A stretch of 64,000 bases of DNA, from the sequence record PQ303785.1; one strand, 5' to 3'. Below, one piece after another: positions 29,218 through 39,199 of this stretch. Position 1 is the stretch's first letter; every line of letters begins with the position of its first letter. The translations under genes and the position numbers were made by a program. Source of the DNA: Escherichia phage LYE-01. The notes under the pieces were generated by a model that had not been told where the DNA came from, made no database searches, and saw only the letters and a program-made list of their open reading frames with translations.

Positions 29218-29691
29218 ATGTTATTGACTGGCAAATTGTATAAAGAAGAAAAACAGAAATTTTATGATGCACAAAACGGTAAATGCTTAATTTGCCAACG
29301 AGAATTAAATCCTGATGTTCAAGCTAATCACCTTGACCATGACCATGAATTAAATGGACCAAAAGCAGGAAAGGTACGTGGGTTGCTGTGTAATCTCTGT
29401 AATGCTGCAGAAGGTCAAATGAAGCATAAATTCAATCGTTCTGGCTTAAAGGGACAAGGTGTTGATTATCTTGAATGGCTAGAAAATTTACTTACTTATT
29501 TAAAATCCGATTACACCCAAAATAATATTCACCCTAACTTCGTTGGAGATAAATCAAAGGAATTTTCTCGTTTAGGAAAAGAGGAAATGATGGCTGAGAT
29601 GCTTCAAAGAGGATTTGAATATAATGAATCTGACACTAAAACACAATTAATAGCTTCATTTAAGAAGCAGCTTAGAAAGAGTTTAAAATGA
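29218..29691 (+). CDS. 49: endonuclease VII (Holliday junction resolvase)
   Basis: 157 aa with zinc-binding CLIC ... HLDHDH ... CNLCN; matches T4 gp49. Confidence 0.9.
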   Translation: MLLTGKLYKEEKQKFYDAQNGKCLICQRELNPDVQANHLDHDHELNGPKAGKVRGLLCNLCNAAEGQMKHKFNRSGLKGQGVDYLEWLENLLTYLKSDYTQNNIHPNFVGDKSKEFSRLGKEEMMAEMLQRGFEYNESDTKTQLIASFKKQLRKSLK

Positions 29692-31505
29692 CGATTGAAA
29701 AAGAAATTGAAGGATTAATTCATAAAACTAATAAAGACCTTTTAAACGAGAATGCTAATAAAGATTCTCGTGTTTTTCCAACTCAACGGGACCTTATGGC
29801 TGGTATTGTGTCTAAACACATTGCCAAAAATATGGTCCCGTCTTTTATTATGAAAGCGCATGAAAGCGGAATTATCCATTTCCATGATATTGATTATTCC
29901 CCTGCTCTTCCATTTACTAATTGCTGTTTAGTAGATTTAAAAGGAATGCTTGAGAATGGATTTAAGCTCGGTAATGCACAGATTGAAACTCCTAAATCAA
30001 TCGGTGTTGCTACTGCAATTATGGCGCAAATTACTGCACAGGTTGCTTCCCATCAATATGGTGGAACGACTTTTGCGAATGTAGACAAAGTACTTTCTCC
30101 TTATGTTAAACGCACCTACGCAAAACATATTGAGGATGCAGAAAAATGGCAAATCGCAGATGCATTGAATTATGCCCAATCTAAAACAGAAAAAGACGTA
30201 TACGATGCGTTCCAAGCTTATGAATATGAAGTAAATACTCTCTTTAGTTCAAACGGACAAACGCCTTTTGTAACAATTACATTTGGTACGGGAACTGACT
30301 GGACTGAACGAATGATTCAGAAAGCAATTCTGAAAAATCGTATTAAAGGTCTTGGTCGTGATGGGATAACTCCTATTTTCCCTAAACTTGTTATGTTCGT
30401 TGAAGAAGGTGTTAATCTTTATAAAGACGATCCGAACTATGATATTAAGCAGCTTGCTCTAGAGTGTGCAAGTAAAAGAATGTATCCTGACATCATTTCG
30501 GCTAAGAACAATAAAGCTATCACCGGTTCATCTGTTCCTGTTTCTCCAATGGGTTGCCGTAGTTTCTTGAGCGTATGGAAAGATTCGACCGGTAATGAAA
30601 TTCTTGATGGACGTAATAATCTTGGCGTTGTAACACTGAATCTTCCTCGTATTGCATTAGATTCTTATATTGGAACACAGTTCAATGAACAGAAATTTGC
30701 CGAATTGTTCAATGAACGAATGGATTTGTGTTTTGAAGCTTTGATGTGTAGAATTAGTTCCTTAAAAGGAGTTAAAGCGACTGTTGCTCCTATTCTTTAT
30801 CAAGAAGGTGCATTCGGGGTTCGTCTTAAACCTGATGACGACATAATTGAGTTATTTAAAAACGGTAGAAGTTCAGTGTCTTTGGGATACATTGGTATTC
30901 ACGAATTGAATATTCTTGTCGGTCGTGATATTGGACAGGAAATTTTGACTAAAATGAATGCTCGTCTTAAGCAGTGGACTGAAAGAACCGGTTTTGCTTT
31001 TAGCTTGTATTCTACTCCTGCTGAAAATCTGTGCTATCGCTTCTGTAAACTTGATACCGAAAAATATGGAAGTGTAAAAGATGTTACCGATAAAGGCTGG
31101 TATACTAACAGTTTCCACGTTTCAGTAGAAGAAAATATTACTCCGTTTGAAAAGATTTCTCGCGAAGCCCCGTATCATTTCATTGCGACAGGTGGTCACA
31201 TTTCTTATGTTGAACTTCCTGATATGAAAAATAACCTAAAAGGTCTTGAGGCTGTATGGGATTATGCTGCACAACATTTAGATTATTTTGGTGTTAATAT
31301 GCCAGTAGATAAATGTTTTACATGCGGAAGTACCCATGAAATGACTCCTACTGAAAACGGATTTGTTTGTTCTATTTGTGGAGAAACTGATCCTAAAAAG
31401 ATGAACACAATAAGAAGAACATGTGGCTATTTGGGAAATCCGAACGAACGCGGATTTAATCTTGGCAAAAATAAAGAAATCATGCATAGGGTTAAACACC
31501 AATGA
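29688..31505 (+). CDS. nrdD: anaerobic ribonucleoside-triphosphate reductase NrdD
   Basis: 605 aa, C-terminal glycyl-radical motif RRTCGYLG, zinc ribbon CFTCG ... CSICG; ORF is uninterrupted. Confidence 0.95.
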   Translation: MTIEKEIEGLIHKTNKDLLNENANKDSRVFPTQRDLMAGIVSKHIAKNMVPSFIMKAHESGIIHFHDIDYSPALPFTNCCLVDLKGMLENGFKLGNAQIETPKSIGVATAIMAQITAQVASHQYGGTTFANVDKVLSPYVKRTYAKHIEDAEKWQIADALNYAQSKTEKDVYDAFQAYEYEVNTLFSSNGQTPFVTITFGTGTDWTERMIQKAILKNRIKGLGRDGITPIFPKLVMFVEEGVNLYKDDPNYDIKQLALECASKRMYPDIISAKNNKAITGSSVPVSPMGCRSFLSVWKDSTGNEILDGRNNLGVVTLNLPRIALDSYIGTQFNEQKFAELFNERMDLCFEALMCRISSLKGVKATVAPILYQEGAFGVRLKPDDDIIELFKNGRSSVSLGYIGIHELNILVGRDIGQEILTKMNARLKQWTERTGFAFSLYSTPAENLCYRFCKLDTEKYGSVKDVTDKGWYTNSFHVSVEENITPFEKISREAPYHFIATGGHISYVELPDMKNNLKGLEAVWDYAAQHLDYFGVNMPVDKCFTCGSTHEMTPTENGFVCSICGETDPKKMNTIRRTCGYLGNPNERGFNLGKNKEIMHRVKHQ

Positions 31506-31972
31506 ATTACGATAGATTTTATCCCTGCGATTTTGTGAATGGCCCTGGATGCAGGGTCGTTCTTTTCGTTACGGGGTGTTTGCATAAATGTGAAGGGTGT
31601 TATAATAAATCAACATGGAATGCTAGAAATGGCGTTCCATTCACTGGTGAAACACTAGAACAATTAATTGAATGTTTGAATAATGATTATATAGAAGGAT
31701 TAACTATAACTGGAGGAGACCCTCTTTATCCTGATAACCGAGATGATGTTCATTGCATTGTTCAAACAGTAAAAAATCTTTATCCGAATAAAAGCATTTG
31801 GTTGTGGACAGGATACAAGTTTGAAGATATTAAACAACTAGAAATGCTTAAATATGTTGATGTTATTATTGATGGGAAGTATGAGAAAAATCTTCCGACC
31901 AAAAAGCTGTGGCGAGGATCAGATAATCAGCGACTTTGGTCAAATACCGATGGGGTGTGGAAACATGATTAA
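31502..31972 (+). CDS. nrdG: anaerobic RNR activating enzyme NrdG (radical SAM)
   Basis: 156 aa; cysteine cluster GCLHKCEGCYN. Confidence 0.9.
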   Translation: MNYDRFYPCDFVNGPGCRVVLFVTGCLHKCEGCYNKSTWNARNGVPFTGETLEQLIECLNNDYIEGLTITGGDPLYPDNRDDVHCIVQTVKNLYPNKSIWLWTGYKFEDIKQLEMLKYVDVIIDGKYEKNLPTKKLWRGSDNQRLWSNTDGVWKHD

Positions 31973-32086
31973 ATTGAATTATATTATGGACACTATAAAT
32001 GATATGATTTTTCATTTTGGTCCAGAATTTTATTCGCAATACAGTTTAGTGCTTATCAATGCTTGGTTAATCAATTAAGGGTAAAT

Positions 32087-32299
32087 ATGTATAAATTTCG
32101 TAAAGGTTTAGCTGATTTTCTTACAACCGTAACGTTCTTTTTGTTTATGGCAGTTGGAGCTATTTTCCTTATTCCTTTTATTGCTATATTTTTCGTGATT
32201 AGTTTGATTTCTCCAGAAAAAGGCTTATCTTCTAGTGAATTTAATGAGCGTCTGGATAAAATTACTAACAAGCTGAATGCTGCTCTTAGTAAGGAATAG
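32087..32299 (+). CDS. small membrane protein
   Basis: ATG at 32087 within track ORF 32063..32299; one long hydrophobic helix. Confidence 0.45.
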   Translation: MYKFRKGLADFLTTVTFFLFMAVGAIFLIPFIAIFFVISLISPEKGLSSSEFNERLDKITNKLNAALSKE

Positions 32300-32301
32300 T
32301 T

Positions 32302-32610
32302 GTGAAACAAAACAAGATTGAAGTCTATGGAATTCCAGATGAAGTAGGTCGTTGTCCTGGATGTCAATCAGTTACAAAACTTCTAAAGGAGCTCAATGCT
32401 CCTTTTACTTTCTATAAAGTTCTTACAAATAATGGTAAGATTGAGTATGATCGTCCACTGATTGTATCTCTTGCTAAACGCGCTGGATTCACATCTCTTA
32501 ACATTCGTTATCCAGTCATTTTCATCAATGATTCTAGACAAAAGAACATTAAACACTTCAAAGAAACTCTCATTTCACTTGGATATGATAGAGATATCAT
32601 AGAAGACTAA
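32302..32610 (+). CDS. nrdH: glutaredoxin-like NrdH
   Basis: 102 aa, GTG start, CPGC redox motif. Confidence 0.8.
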   Translation: MKQNKIEVYGIPDEVGRCPGCQSVTKLLKELNAPFTFYKVLTNNGKIEYDRPLIVSLAKRAGFTSLNIRYPVIFINDSRQKNIKHFKETLISLGYDRDIIED

Positions 32611-32611
32611 G

Positions 32612-32640
32612 ACGGGCCCTCTGGGCCTTTCTTTCTCACA
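32612..32640 (+). terminator. hairpin plus T-rich tract
   Basis: ggccc-TCT-gggcc followed by TTTCTTTCTC. Confidence 0.5.
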
Positions 32641-32707
32641 TTCTGTATATTACCATTCTAACTATCATTCACTTCTTATCATTCCCTAAAATAATTTTCA
32701 CAAAGTT

Positions 32708-32737
32708 GTTTACAACAAGTTCAAACTGTGGTATTAT
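32708..32737 (+). promoter_or_regulatory. T4-type early promoter
   Basis: GTTTAC, 18 nt, TATTAT; upstream CCCTAAAATAATTTTCACAAAGTTG belongs to the repeat family. Confidence 0.55.
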
Positions 32738-32767
32738 TAACATATGAATTGCCTTTGAGGAATTGAT

Positions 32768-32950
32768 ATGGTTGTGGTTGATAAAGAAATTAAAAAGGGA
32801 CAGTATTATTTTATTAATGGTAATGTTGTTCGTGTTACTTATGTAAACGGTTTTGAAGTTTATTATCTTATACTCAAGTTACATAAACAGATGATTTGTG
32901 ATCGTGCTGTATTTAGTTCAGTTGCTAAGGAAATTAAACTCCATGGGTAA
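32768..32950 (+). CDS. hypothetical small protein
   Basis: 60-aa ORF. Confidence 0.4.
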   Translation: MVVVDKEIKKGQYYFINGNVVRVTYVNGFEVYYLILKLHKQMICDRAVFSSVAKEIKLHG

Positions 32951-33236
32951 AACGTATCGTCGTAAAGATTTAAAAGTACGTGATTATGACTATTTCGGAA
33001 AGCGTAAAGCTCCTGATGGTGTAAGTCATAAAGATATGGTTGAAAACATTTTTCGCTCAGATAAATGGCGTAGAATGAAAGGCATTGATTCAGAAGTTAA
33101 AGATGAGTTAAATCGTCAATTACGTGGTGAAGTAAGAAAGTTGAAAAAATCAGTTTACATTGATGGCGATTTTGATTATAATACTTCTCAACGAGTTGCT
33201 AAGCGTAAATCAAACGAGTGTTATCGTTATAGCTGA
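32943..33236 (+). CDS. hypothetical basic protein
   Basis: 97 aa from ATG at 32943; Lys/Arg-rich. Confidence 0.45.
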   Translation: MGKTYRRKDLKVRDYDYFGKRKAPDGVSHKDMVENIFRSDKWRRMKGIDSEVKDELNRQLRGEVRKLKKSVYIDGDFDYNTSQRVAKRKSNECYRYS

Positions 33237-33243
33237 GGAAAAT

Positions 33244-33378
33244 ATGAATATCAAACGCATGCTTTTTAAACAAGGATTATACACTTTAAATGTTGCTCCA
33301 AAAGGCGATACGACCAAGTGGTCAGTAAATGACTGGATTAAATTCATTGATGAAAACGGTAACTGGTGGAAAATTTAA
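33244..33378 (+). CDS. hypothetical small protein
   Basis: 44 aa from ATG at 33244 after GAGGAAAAT. Confidence 0.35.
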   Translation: MNIKRMLFKQGLYTLNVAPKGDTTKWSVNDWIKFIDENGNWWKI

Positions 33379-33579
33379 ATGAATCCTGAATCTAAATTAT
33401 CACAACGAATTGCTGAAGCTCGTCGTCAGTTCTTTGAAAATATGATAGCCCAAGGTATTGATGACGAAGTTTTTCTGAACTGGTTTTGGAATCACAAATA
33501 TTCAAGCTGTTCAGGGGCAATATTAATATCAGCCGCAATGATGTACGAAGGCTGGAAGGGCGCCAAACAGTTTAGCTAA
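33379..33579 (+). CDS. hypothetical small protein
   Basis: 66 aa. Confidence 0.45.
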   Translation: MNPESKLSQRIAEARRQFFENMIAQGIDDEVFLNWFWNHKYSSCSGAILISAAMMYEGWKGAKQFS

Positions 33580-33597
33580 GGGCTTCGGCCCTTTTTG
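33579..33597 (+). terminator. intrinsic terminator (UUCG tetraloop plus U-run)
   Basis: aagggc-TTCG-gccctt followed by TTTT. Confidence 0.7.
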
Positions 33598-33631
33598 GAT
33601 AATAAAATTTTAACGTAATTGAGGATAATGT

Positions 33632-33958
33632 ATGACTATTCAAATTAAAAACGCCATCAATTCTTACGCATATGATAAAGTAGTTTCTCTGCTAGAAAAA
33701 GGCGATATTGTAACTCCTCAAATTTTGGATAAATGGGAAAAAGAGCTTCATCAGACGATGAAACAGAATGATCAGAAAATTGGGCGCAATACTGTCCGTG
33801 AATTGTTGGTTCAATATATCTTGTCAGAATTTGATGTTAAAGCTTTTGGTGTAGAATCTAAAGCTTATCAGAAGCATGAAATTTCTGATAAAACTATTCG
33901 TCGTATGAAAAATCAACGCAAGAAAAAATTTGCTGACCTGAAAATTACTAAGGCATAA
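33632..33958 (+). CDS. hypothetical protein
   Basis: 108 aa. Confidence 0.5.
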   Translation: MTIQIKNAINSYAYDKVVSLLEKGDIVTPQILDKWEKELHQTMKQNDQKIGRNTVRELLVQYILSEFDVKAFGVESKAYQKHEISDKTIRRMKNQRKKKFADLKITKA

Positions 33959-33960
33959 TT

Positions 33961-34176
33961 ATGAATGAAGCTCTTATTAACGATTTACGTCTTGCCGGAT
34001 ATGAAGTAAATACAAACGGCATTGGTTTAACTCAAATTGAAGGAAACGGATTCATCCTTGAGTATGAATTTAGCCAATGGTGGTTATATGCTAATTATGG
34101 CGAATTAATTGAATATGTCGATCAATTTGATTCACTAGATGCAGCTCTCGAAGCTGCTAACTTAATGAATGCGTGA
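33961..34176 (+). CDS. hypothetical small acidic protein
   Basis: 71 aa. Confidence 0.45.
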   Translation: MNEALINDLRLAGYEVNTNGIGLTQIEGNGFILEYEFSQWWLYANYGELIEYVDQFDSLDAALEAANLMNA

Positions 34177-34258
34177 AATTGATTCATCCTCTATGCTTTA
34201 AGATAGATCTTCAAATATTATGATATAATAGATCTATGAATTGAGCTAAGAGGTGAAA

Positions 34259-34816
34259 ATGTCAGAAACTAAGCCTAAATATAATTACGTAAACAATAAA
34301 GAGCTTTTACAAGCTATTATTGATTGGAAAACAGAATTAGCAAATAATAAAGACCCAAATAAAGTAGTTCGTCAGAATGATACTATCGGATTAGCCATTA
34401 TGCTTATTGCAGAAGGCTTATCTAAACGTTTCAACTTTTCAGGATACACCCAGTCTTGGAAACAAGAAATGATTGCAGATGGTATAGAAGCTTCTATTAA
34501 GGGGCTTCATAATTTTGATGAAACGAAATATAAAAACCCACATGCATATATAACTCAAGCTTGTTTTAATGCATTCGTCCAACGTATTAAAAAAGAACGT
34601 AAGGAAGTTGCAAAGAAATATAGTTACTTCGTTCACAATGTCTATGACAGTCGTGACGACGATATGGTTGCGTTAGTAGATGAAACTTTTATTCAAGACA
34701 TCTACGATAAAATGACGCATTACGAAGAATCAACCTATAGAACACCGGGGGCTGAAAAGAAAAGTGTTGTAGACGATTCTCCTAGTTTGGATTTTTTATA
34801 TGAGGCTAACGATTAA
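34259..34816 (+). CDS. 55: late-transcription sigma factor gp55
   Basis: 185 aa from ATG at 34259 ([17 protein letters not shown]...); size and position match T4 gp55. Confidence 0.9.
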
Positions 34817-35018
34817 CCTCTCCGGATTCTTGGAAGAAATACCTGAAGTTGAAGCTATTCCCTATTTACTTAAAATGTATCTCAGGGAAGTTTTAGCTCT
34901 TGACATTGATATTGATCCAGAAAATCCGTATGATACCGCTTTTAAATCTAATGGTGTAGAATTAAACTATCGGTATCATTTAACAGATGATGATTTTTAT
35001 TTTATATTAGAGAAATAA
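34800..35018 (+). CDS. hypothetical protein
   Basis: 72-aa ORF overlapping the end of gene 55. Confidence 0.4.
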
Positions 35019-35019
35019 T

Positions 35020-35337
35020 ATGACTGATAAACCCGAAATTAATGATGAAGTGGAAAAGCTTATTTCTTCTATTGAAGAAAAGAACCGTCTTGAAGCAGAA
35101 AGAAAAGCAAATAAGTTATTGTCTAAAAATAAACGCGAACTGAACCGTCTTTATAAACACGCTCAAATTGCAGCTGAAAACAATAATTTTGCTCAATACG
35201 AATATGCTATCAAGAAAAGTCGGGATATTCTAAAACAGCCATATAACGATGAACTCATTAGTATTCTTTGGAAGACTACTAGATCACAGATTGAGGATAT
35301 GATTGATGCTTACACACGTAAAATTCAAGCGTCTTAA
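35020..35337 (+). CDS. hypothetical helical protein
   Basis: 105 aa. Confidence 0.5.
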   Translation: MTDKPEINDEVEKLISSIEEKNRLEAERKANKLLSKNKRELNRLYKHAQIAAENNNFAQYEYAIKKSRDILKQPYNDELISILWKTTRSQIEDMIDAYTRKIQAS

Positions 35338-35509
35338 AATTAATGCAGGATTTACTGAATCTTTGAACGGCCATCTTTGTGTGAAAATTTCTGAAAAAGA
35401 ATACCATGATAGTTCAATTAAAGAAGTTAATCCTCCTATTGTAAGAGCAGACCCTAATATGAAAGTGTGGGTTGATTCTTATCAAGTCAAAAAATGGTGG
35501 CAACTGTGA
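35303..35509 (+). CDS. hypothetical small protein
   Basis: 68 aa. Confidence 0.4.
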   Translation: MMLTHVKFKRLKINAGFTESLNGHLCVKISEKEYHDSSIKEVNPPIVRADPNMKVWVDSYQVKKWWQL

Positions 35510-35512
35510 AAG

Positions 35513-35686
35513 ATGAACACCCAGACTTCTGAAATAGATTATAATAAAATTCGTTCCTCTAAAGTAGAAATGATGAGACGCTTTAAAGAGTCTCATGATA
35601 AAGCTAAAGCAGAAGGAACTATAACATATAAGCGCATAAAATTTAGAAGCTCTAACGAGCCTTTGTATGGCGTATTATGCGGATAG
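35513..35686 (+). CDS. hypothetical small protein
   Basis: 57-aa ORF ending just before a UUCG hairpin. Confidence 0.35.
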   Translation: MNTQTSEIDYNKIRSSKVEMMRRFKESHDKAKAEGTITYKRIKFRSSNEPLYGVLCG

Positions 35687-35702
35687 GAGCTTCGGCTCCT
35701 AT
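35687..35702 (+). terminator. UUCG-tetraloop hairpin
   Basis: ggagc-TTCG-gctcc upstream of agt. Confidence 0.5.
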
Positions 35703-35752
35703 ATTGCTTTATAAATTTTTGGTAAAATAAACCAAAACAATGAGGATATTAA

Positions 35753-36955
35753 ATGAAAGTATGTATTTTTATGGCTCGAGGTCTTGAAGGTTGCGGTGTA
35801 ACTAAATTTTCTCTTGAGCAGCGTGATTGGTTTATTAAAAATGGTCATGAAGTAACTTTGGTTTATGCTAAAGATAAATCATTTACTCGTAATTGCGCGC
35901 ATGATTATAAATCATTTTCAATTCCGGTTTTATTGGCAAAAGAATACGATAAAACACTTAAGCTGGTAAATGATTGTGATATTCTAATTATCAATTCAGT
36001 TCCTGCTACTTCAGTCGAAGAAGACACGATTAATAACTATAAAAAAATTATTGATAACATTAAACCTTCGGTTCGTGTTGTAGTTTATCAGCATGACCAT
36101 TCTTCTCTTTCTTTGCGTCGAAATTTGGGATTAGAAGAAACTGTTCGTCGAGCTGATGTTATTTTTAGCCATTCTGATAATGGCGATTTTAATAAAGTTT
36201 TAATGAAAGAATGGTATCCAGAAACTGTTTCACTGTTTGATGATATTGAAGAAGCACCGACCGTATATAACTTTCAGCCTCCTATGGATATTGCGAAGGT
36301 TCGATCAACCTACTGGAAAGATGTTTCTGAAATTAACATGAATATCAATCGTTGGATTGGTCGTACTACTACATGGAAAGGCTTTTATCAGATGTTTGAT
36401 TTTCACGAAAAACATCTTAAACCTGCAGGACTAAGTACTATTATGGAAGGCCTGGAACGTTCTCCAGCGTTCATTCCTATTAAAGAAAAAGGAATTCCAT
36501 ACGAGTATTATCGTCTTCATCAAGTAGACCAAATTAAAATTGCTCCTAATTTGCCAACGCAAATTCTCGACCGTTATGTAAATAGCGAAATGCTTGAACG
36601 CATGAGTAAATCCGGATTTGGTTATCAGCTGAGTAAGTTGGACAAAAAATATCTACAGCGTTCTTTAGAATACACTCATCTCGAGCTTGGTGCATGTGGA
36701 ACAATTCCGGTATTTTGGAAATCTACGGGCGAAAATTTAAAATTCCGTGTTGATAATACTCCATTAATTTCTCATGATAGCGGTATCGTTTGGTTTGATG
36801 AAAATGACATGGAATCAACATTTGAACGTATTAAAGAACTGTCATCTGACCGAGCTCTTTATGACCGTGAACGTGAAAAAGCTTATGAATTTTTGTATCA
36901 GCATCAAGATTCAAGCTTCTGCTTTAAAGAACAGTTTGACATTATTACAAAATAA
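35753..36955 (+). CDS. agt: DNA alpha-glucosyltransferase
   Basis: 400 aa (MKVCIFMARGLEGCGVTKFSLEQRDWFIKNGHEV...); matches my recollection of T4 alpha-gt. Confidence 0.9.
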   Translation: MKVCIFMARGLEGCGVTKFSLEQRDWFIKNGHEVTLVYAKDKSFTRNCAHDYKSFSIPVLLAKEYDKTLKLVNDCDILIINSVPATSVEEDTINNYKKIIDNIKPSVRVVVYQHDHSSLSLRRNLGLEETVRRADVIFSHSDNGDFNKVLMKEWYPETVSLFDDIEEAPTVYNFQPPMDIAKVRSTYWKDVSEINMNINRWIGRTTTWKGFYQMFDFHEKHLKPAGLSTIMEGLERSPAFIPIKEKGIPYEYYRLHQVDQIKIAPNLPTQILDRYVNSEMLERMSKSGFGYQLSKLDKKYLQRSLEYTHLELGACGTIPVFWKSTGENLKFRVDNTPLISHDSGIVWFDENDMESTFERIKELSSDRALYDREREKAYEFLYQHQDSSFCFKEQFDIITK

Positions 36956-36972
36956 AGGGCTTCGGCCCTTTA
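36955..36972 (+). terminator. intrinsic terminator (UUCG tetraloop)
   Basis: aagggc-TTCG-gccctt plus T. Confidence 0.6.
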
Positions 36973-36994
36973 GCTTTATACGGAGTTTGATATA

Positions 36995-37135
36995 ATGATA
37001 TTTCTTGGATATGTGATACTTTTTCTGGCGTTTTATTTGTTCACCAGAGCGTGTTGGATTGGGTTCTTTAGTACTCCAGATGGATTTATTTCAATAATTT
37101 TATTTTGCATTTCAATGACGGTTCTTGATATATGA
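36995..37135 (+). CDS. hypothetical small membrane peptide
   Basis: 46-aa hydrophobic ORF, below track cutoff. Confidence 0.3.
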   Translation: MIFLGYVILFLAFYLFTRACWIGFFSTPDGFISIILFCISMTVLDI

Positions 37136-37755
37136 AAAAATATATAACTTATTTAACAATATATAGTGGAGATAAACTTCCTCCTTTTTATATTGGATCT
37201 ACATCTTTAGACAGGCATTTAGCCGGATATCATGGATCAGTTTTATCTAAAAAGTATAAGAAAATTTATAATGAAGAACTTTCAAATAACCCACATTTAT
37301 TTGATTCATGCATTTTAGATGAATTTGATACACGCGAAGAAGCTATTAAATGCGAGCTATATTATCAACGTTTGCATGATGCGGTTAAAAATCCATTATT
37401 CTTTAATATGTCATATGCTGCTCCAAAAGGTTCATTTGGAAGAGATATTAAAGGACAAAATCATCCATTATATGGTTCTCATAATTGTAAAGGAAACATA
37501 CATTCACATGACCCATTAACAGGAAAATCTGCCTTTTTACCGTATATTCCAGAAGGTTATGTAAAAGGAAGGTCAAATAAATTTAAAGCTTCATCACATA
37601 ATAAAGGTAAAAAATGGTATAATAACGGAGTTAAGCAAATGTTATGTCATGAACCTCCTGGTCCTGAATGGACAAAAGGAAAAATTAAAGAACTAGTTTC
37701 AAAAGCAGCTAAATTAGGATGGAAAAGACACCATGAAAATACTAAACTTGGGTGA
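37132..37755 (+). CDS. GIY-YIG homing endonuclease (Seg-like)
   Basis: 207 aa; N-terminal YITYLTIYSGDKLPPFYIGST matches the GIY-x(10)-YIG motif; basic C-terminal half. Confidence 0.75.
   Translation: MKKYITYLTIYSGDKLPPFYIGSTSLDRHLAGYHGSVLSKKYKKIYNEELSNNPHLFDSCILDEFDTREEAIKCELYYQRLHDAVKNPLFFNMSYAAPKGSFGRDIKGQNHPLYGSHNCKGNIHSHDPLTGKSAFLPYIPEGYVKGRSNKFKASSHNKGKKWYNNGVKQMLCHEPPGPEWTKGKIKELVSKAAKLGWKRHHENTKLG
37132..37755 (+). mobile_element. free-standing homing endonuclease gene between agt and 47
   Basis: GIY-YIG ORF lodged between two conserved core genes; its stop overlaps the start of gene 47 by 23 nt. Confidence 0.6.
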
Positions 37756-38752
37756 TTGGCATTTAGGCGTTAAAGCTGATGATGAATGGATTCGCGGTAT
37801 TCAAATTGATGGAATTAAACAAGCGATAGAATATTCTAAGAAAAATGGAATTACTGTATGGATTCAATACGGTGATATTTTTGATGTACGAAAAGCGATC
37901 ACGCATAAAACTATGGAGTTTGCTCGTGAAATAGTTCAAATGCTTGATGACGTTGGAATCACATTACATACTATTGTAGGAAATCACGATCTCCACTATA
38001 AAAATGTAATGCATCCAAATGCTTCTACTGAGCTTTTGGCTAAATATCCTAATGTTAAAGTATATGATAAGCCTACTACAGTAGATTTTGACGGATGCTT
38101 GATTGATTTAATTCCTTGGATGTGTGAAGAAAATACTGGTGAAATTCTTGAACACATCAAAACTTCATCTGCTTCTTTTTGTGTCGGTCACTGGGAGCTG
38201 AATGGATTTTATTTTTATAAAGGAATGAAATCTCACGGTCTTGAACCTGATTTCCTTAAGACTTATAAAGAAGTGTGGTCTGGTCACTTCCATACTATCT
38301 CTGAGGCTGCTAACGTCAGATATATTGGGACACCATGGACACTAACTGCAGGTGACGAGAATGACCCTCGCGGGTTCTGGATGTTTGATACAGAAACAGA
38401 ACGAATGGAATTTATTCCAAACAACACTACCTGGCATCGTCGAATTCAATATCCATTTAAGGGAAAAATTGACTATAAAGATTTTACAAATCTATCAGTA
38501 CGTGTTATAGTAACTGAGGTAGACAAAAATCTGACGAAGTTCGAATCTGAACTAGAAAAAGTTGTGCATTCATTACGAGTTGTGTCAAAGATTGATAACT
38601 CTGTCGAGTCAGATGATAGCGAAGAGGTTGAAGTTCAATCTCTTCAGACGTTGATGGAAGAATACATTAATGCAATTCCAGACATCACTGATTCTGACCG
38701 CGAAGCACTTATTCAATATGCAAATCAGTTATATGTAGAGGCAACACAATGA
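37733..38752 (+). CDS. 47: recombination nuclease subunit gp47 (Mre11-like)
   Basis: 339 aa with phosphoesterase motifs GDWHLG, GDIFD, GNHD. Confidence 0.95.
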   Translation: MKILNLGDWHLGVKADDEWIRGIQIDGIKQAIEYSKKNGITVWIQYGDIFDVRKAITHKTMEFAREIVQMLDDVGITLHTIVGNHDLHYKNVMHPNASTELLAKYPNVKVYDKPTTVDFDGCLIDLIPWMCEENTGEILEHIKTSSASFCVGHWELNGFYFYKGMKSHGLEPDFLKTYKEVWSGHFHTISEAANVRYIGTPWTLTAGDENDPRGFWMFDTETERMEFIPNNTTWHRRIQYPFKGKIDYKDFTNLSVRVIVTEVDKNLTKFESELEKVVHSLRVVSKIDNSVESDDSEEVEVQSLQTLMEEYINAIPDITDSDREALIQYANQLYVEATQ

Positions 38753-39012
38753 CTTTTGATGAATTTAAAAATGTTATGATGAGTCAGCATTTTGAATGCG
38801 AAGTAAAAGATGATATTGGGCATAAAGAAATTATTGAATACTGGTTTGAACCACTAGAGGTTGAAGATAATTGTATTAAAAAGGTTACGGTCTGCACTGA
38901 CTGGGCTGTATCTTTTAACTTCAACATTTTAGATAATGACACACCTAAATCAGTACAAGATATGGCTGTATCTTGTATTAAGGATGCATACTGTGAAGTT
39001 TTCGACATTTGA
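38749..39012 (+). CDS. hypothetical protein
   Basis: 87-aa ORF after gene 47. Confidence 0.5.
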   Translation: MTFDEFKNVMMSQHFECEVKDDIGHKEIIEYWFEPLEVEDNCIKKVTVCTDWAVSFNFNILDNDTPKSVQDMAVSCIKDAYCEVFDI

Positions 39013-39199
39013 CATTAACGATGAATTCATAGCAAATATTGATTACACCGAAGAAGATTCTAGATATGTTGGAATAATTTATATCACATCAAAAGCAGCA
39101 CAAGGTGTTGTTTGCATGGCTGAATTTGATGAATACTTTTTAGATTATGATGATATGATAGAATGGTCTAAAAGATACATTAAAAGGAATCTTTTGTGA
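38984..39199 (+). CDS. hypothetical protein whose 5' end is duplicated at the HNH gene
   Basis: ATG at 38984 or GTG at 38993; N-terminus VKFSTFDINDEF parallels MKNFKLDINDEF of ORF 39196, with about 85 percent identity over roughly 40 nt. Confidence 0.4.
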   Translation: MHTVKFSTFDINDEFIANIDYTEEDSRYVGIIYITSKAAQGVVCMAEFDEYFLDYDDMIEWSKRYIKRNLL

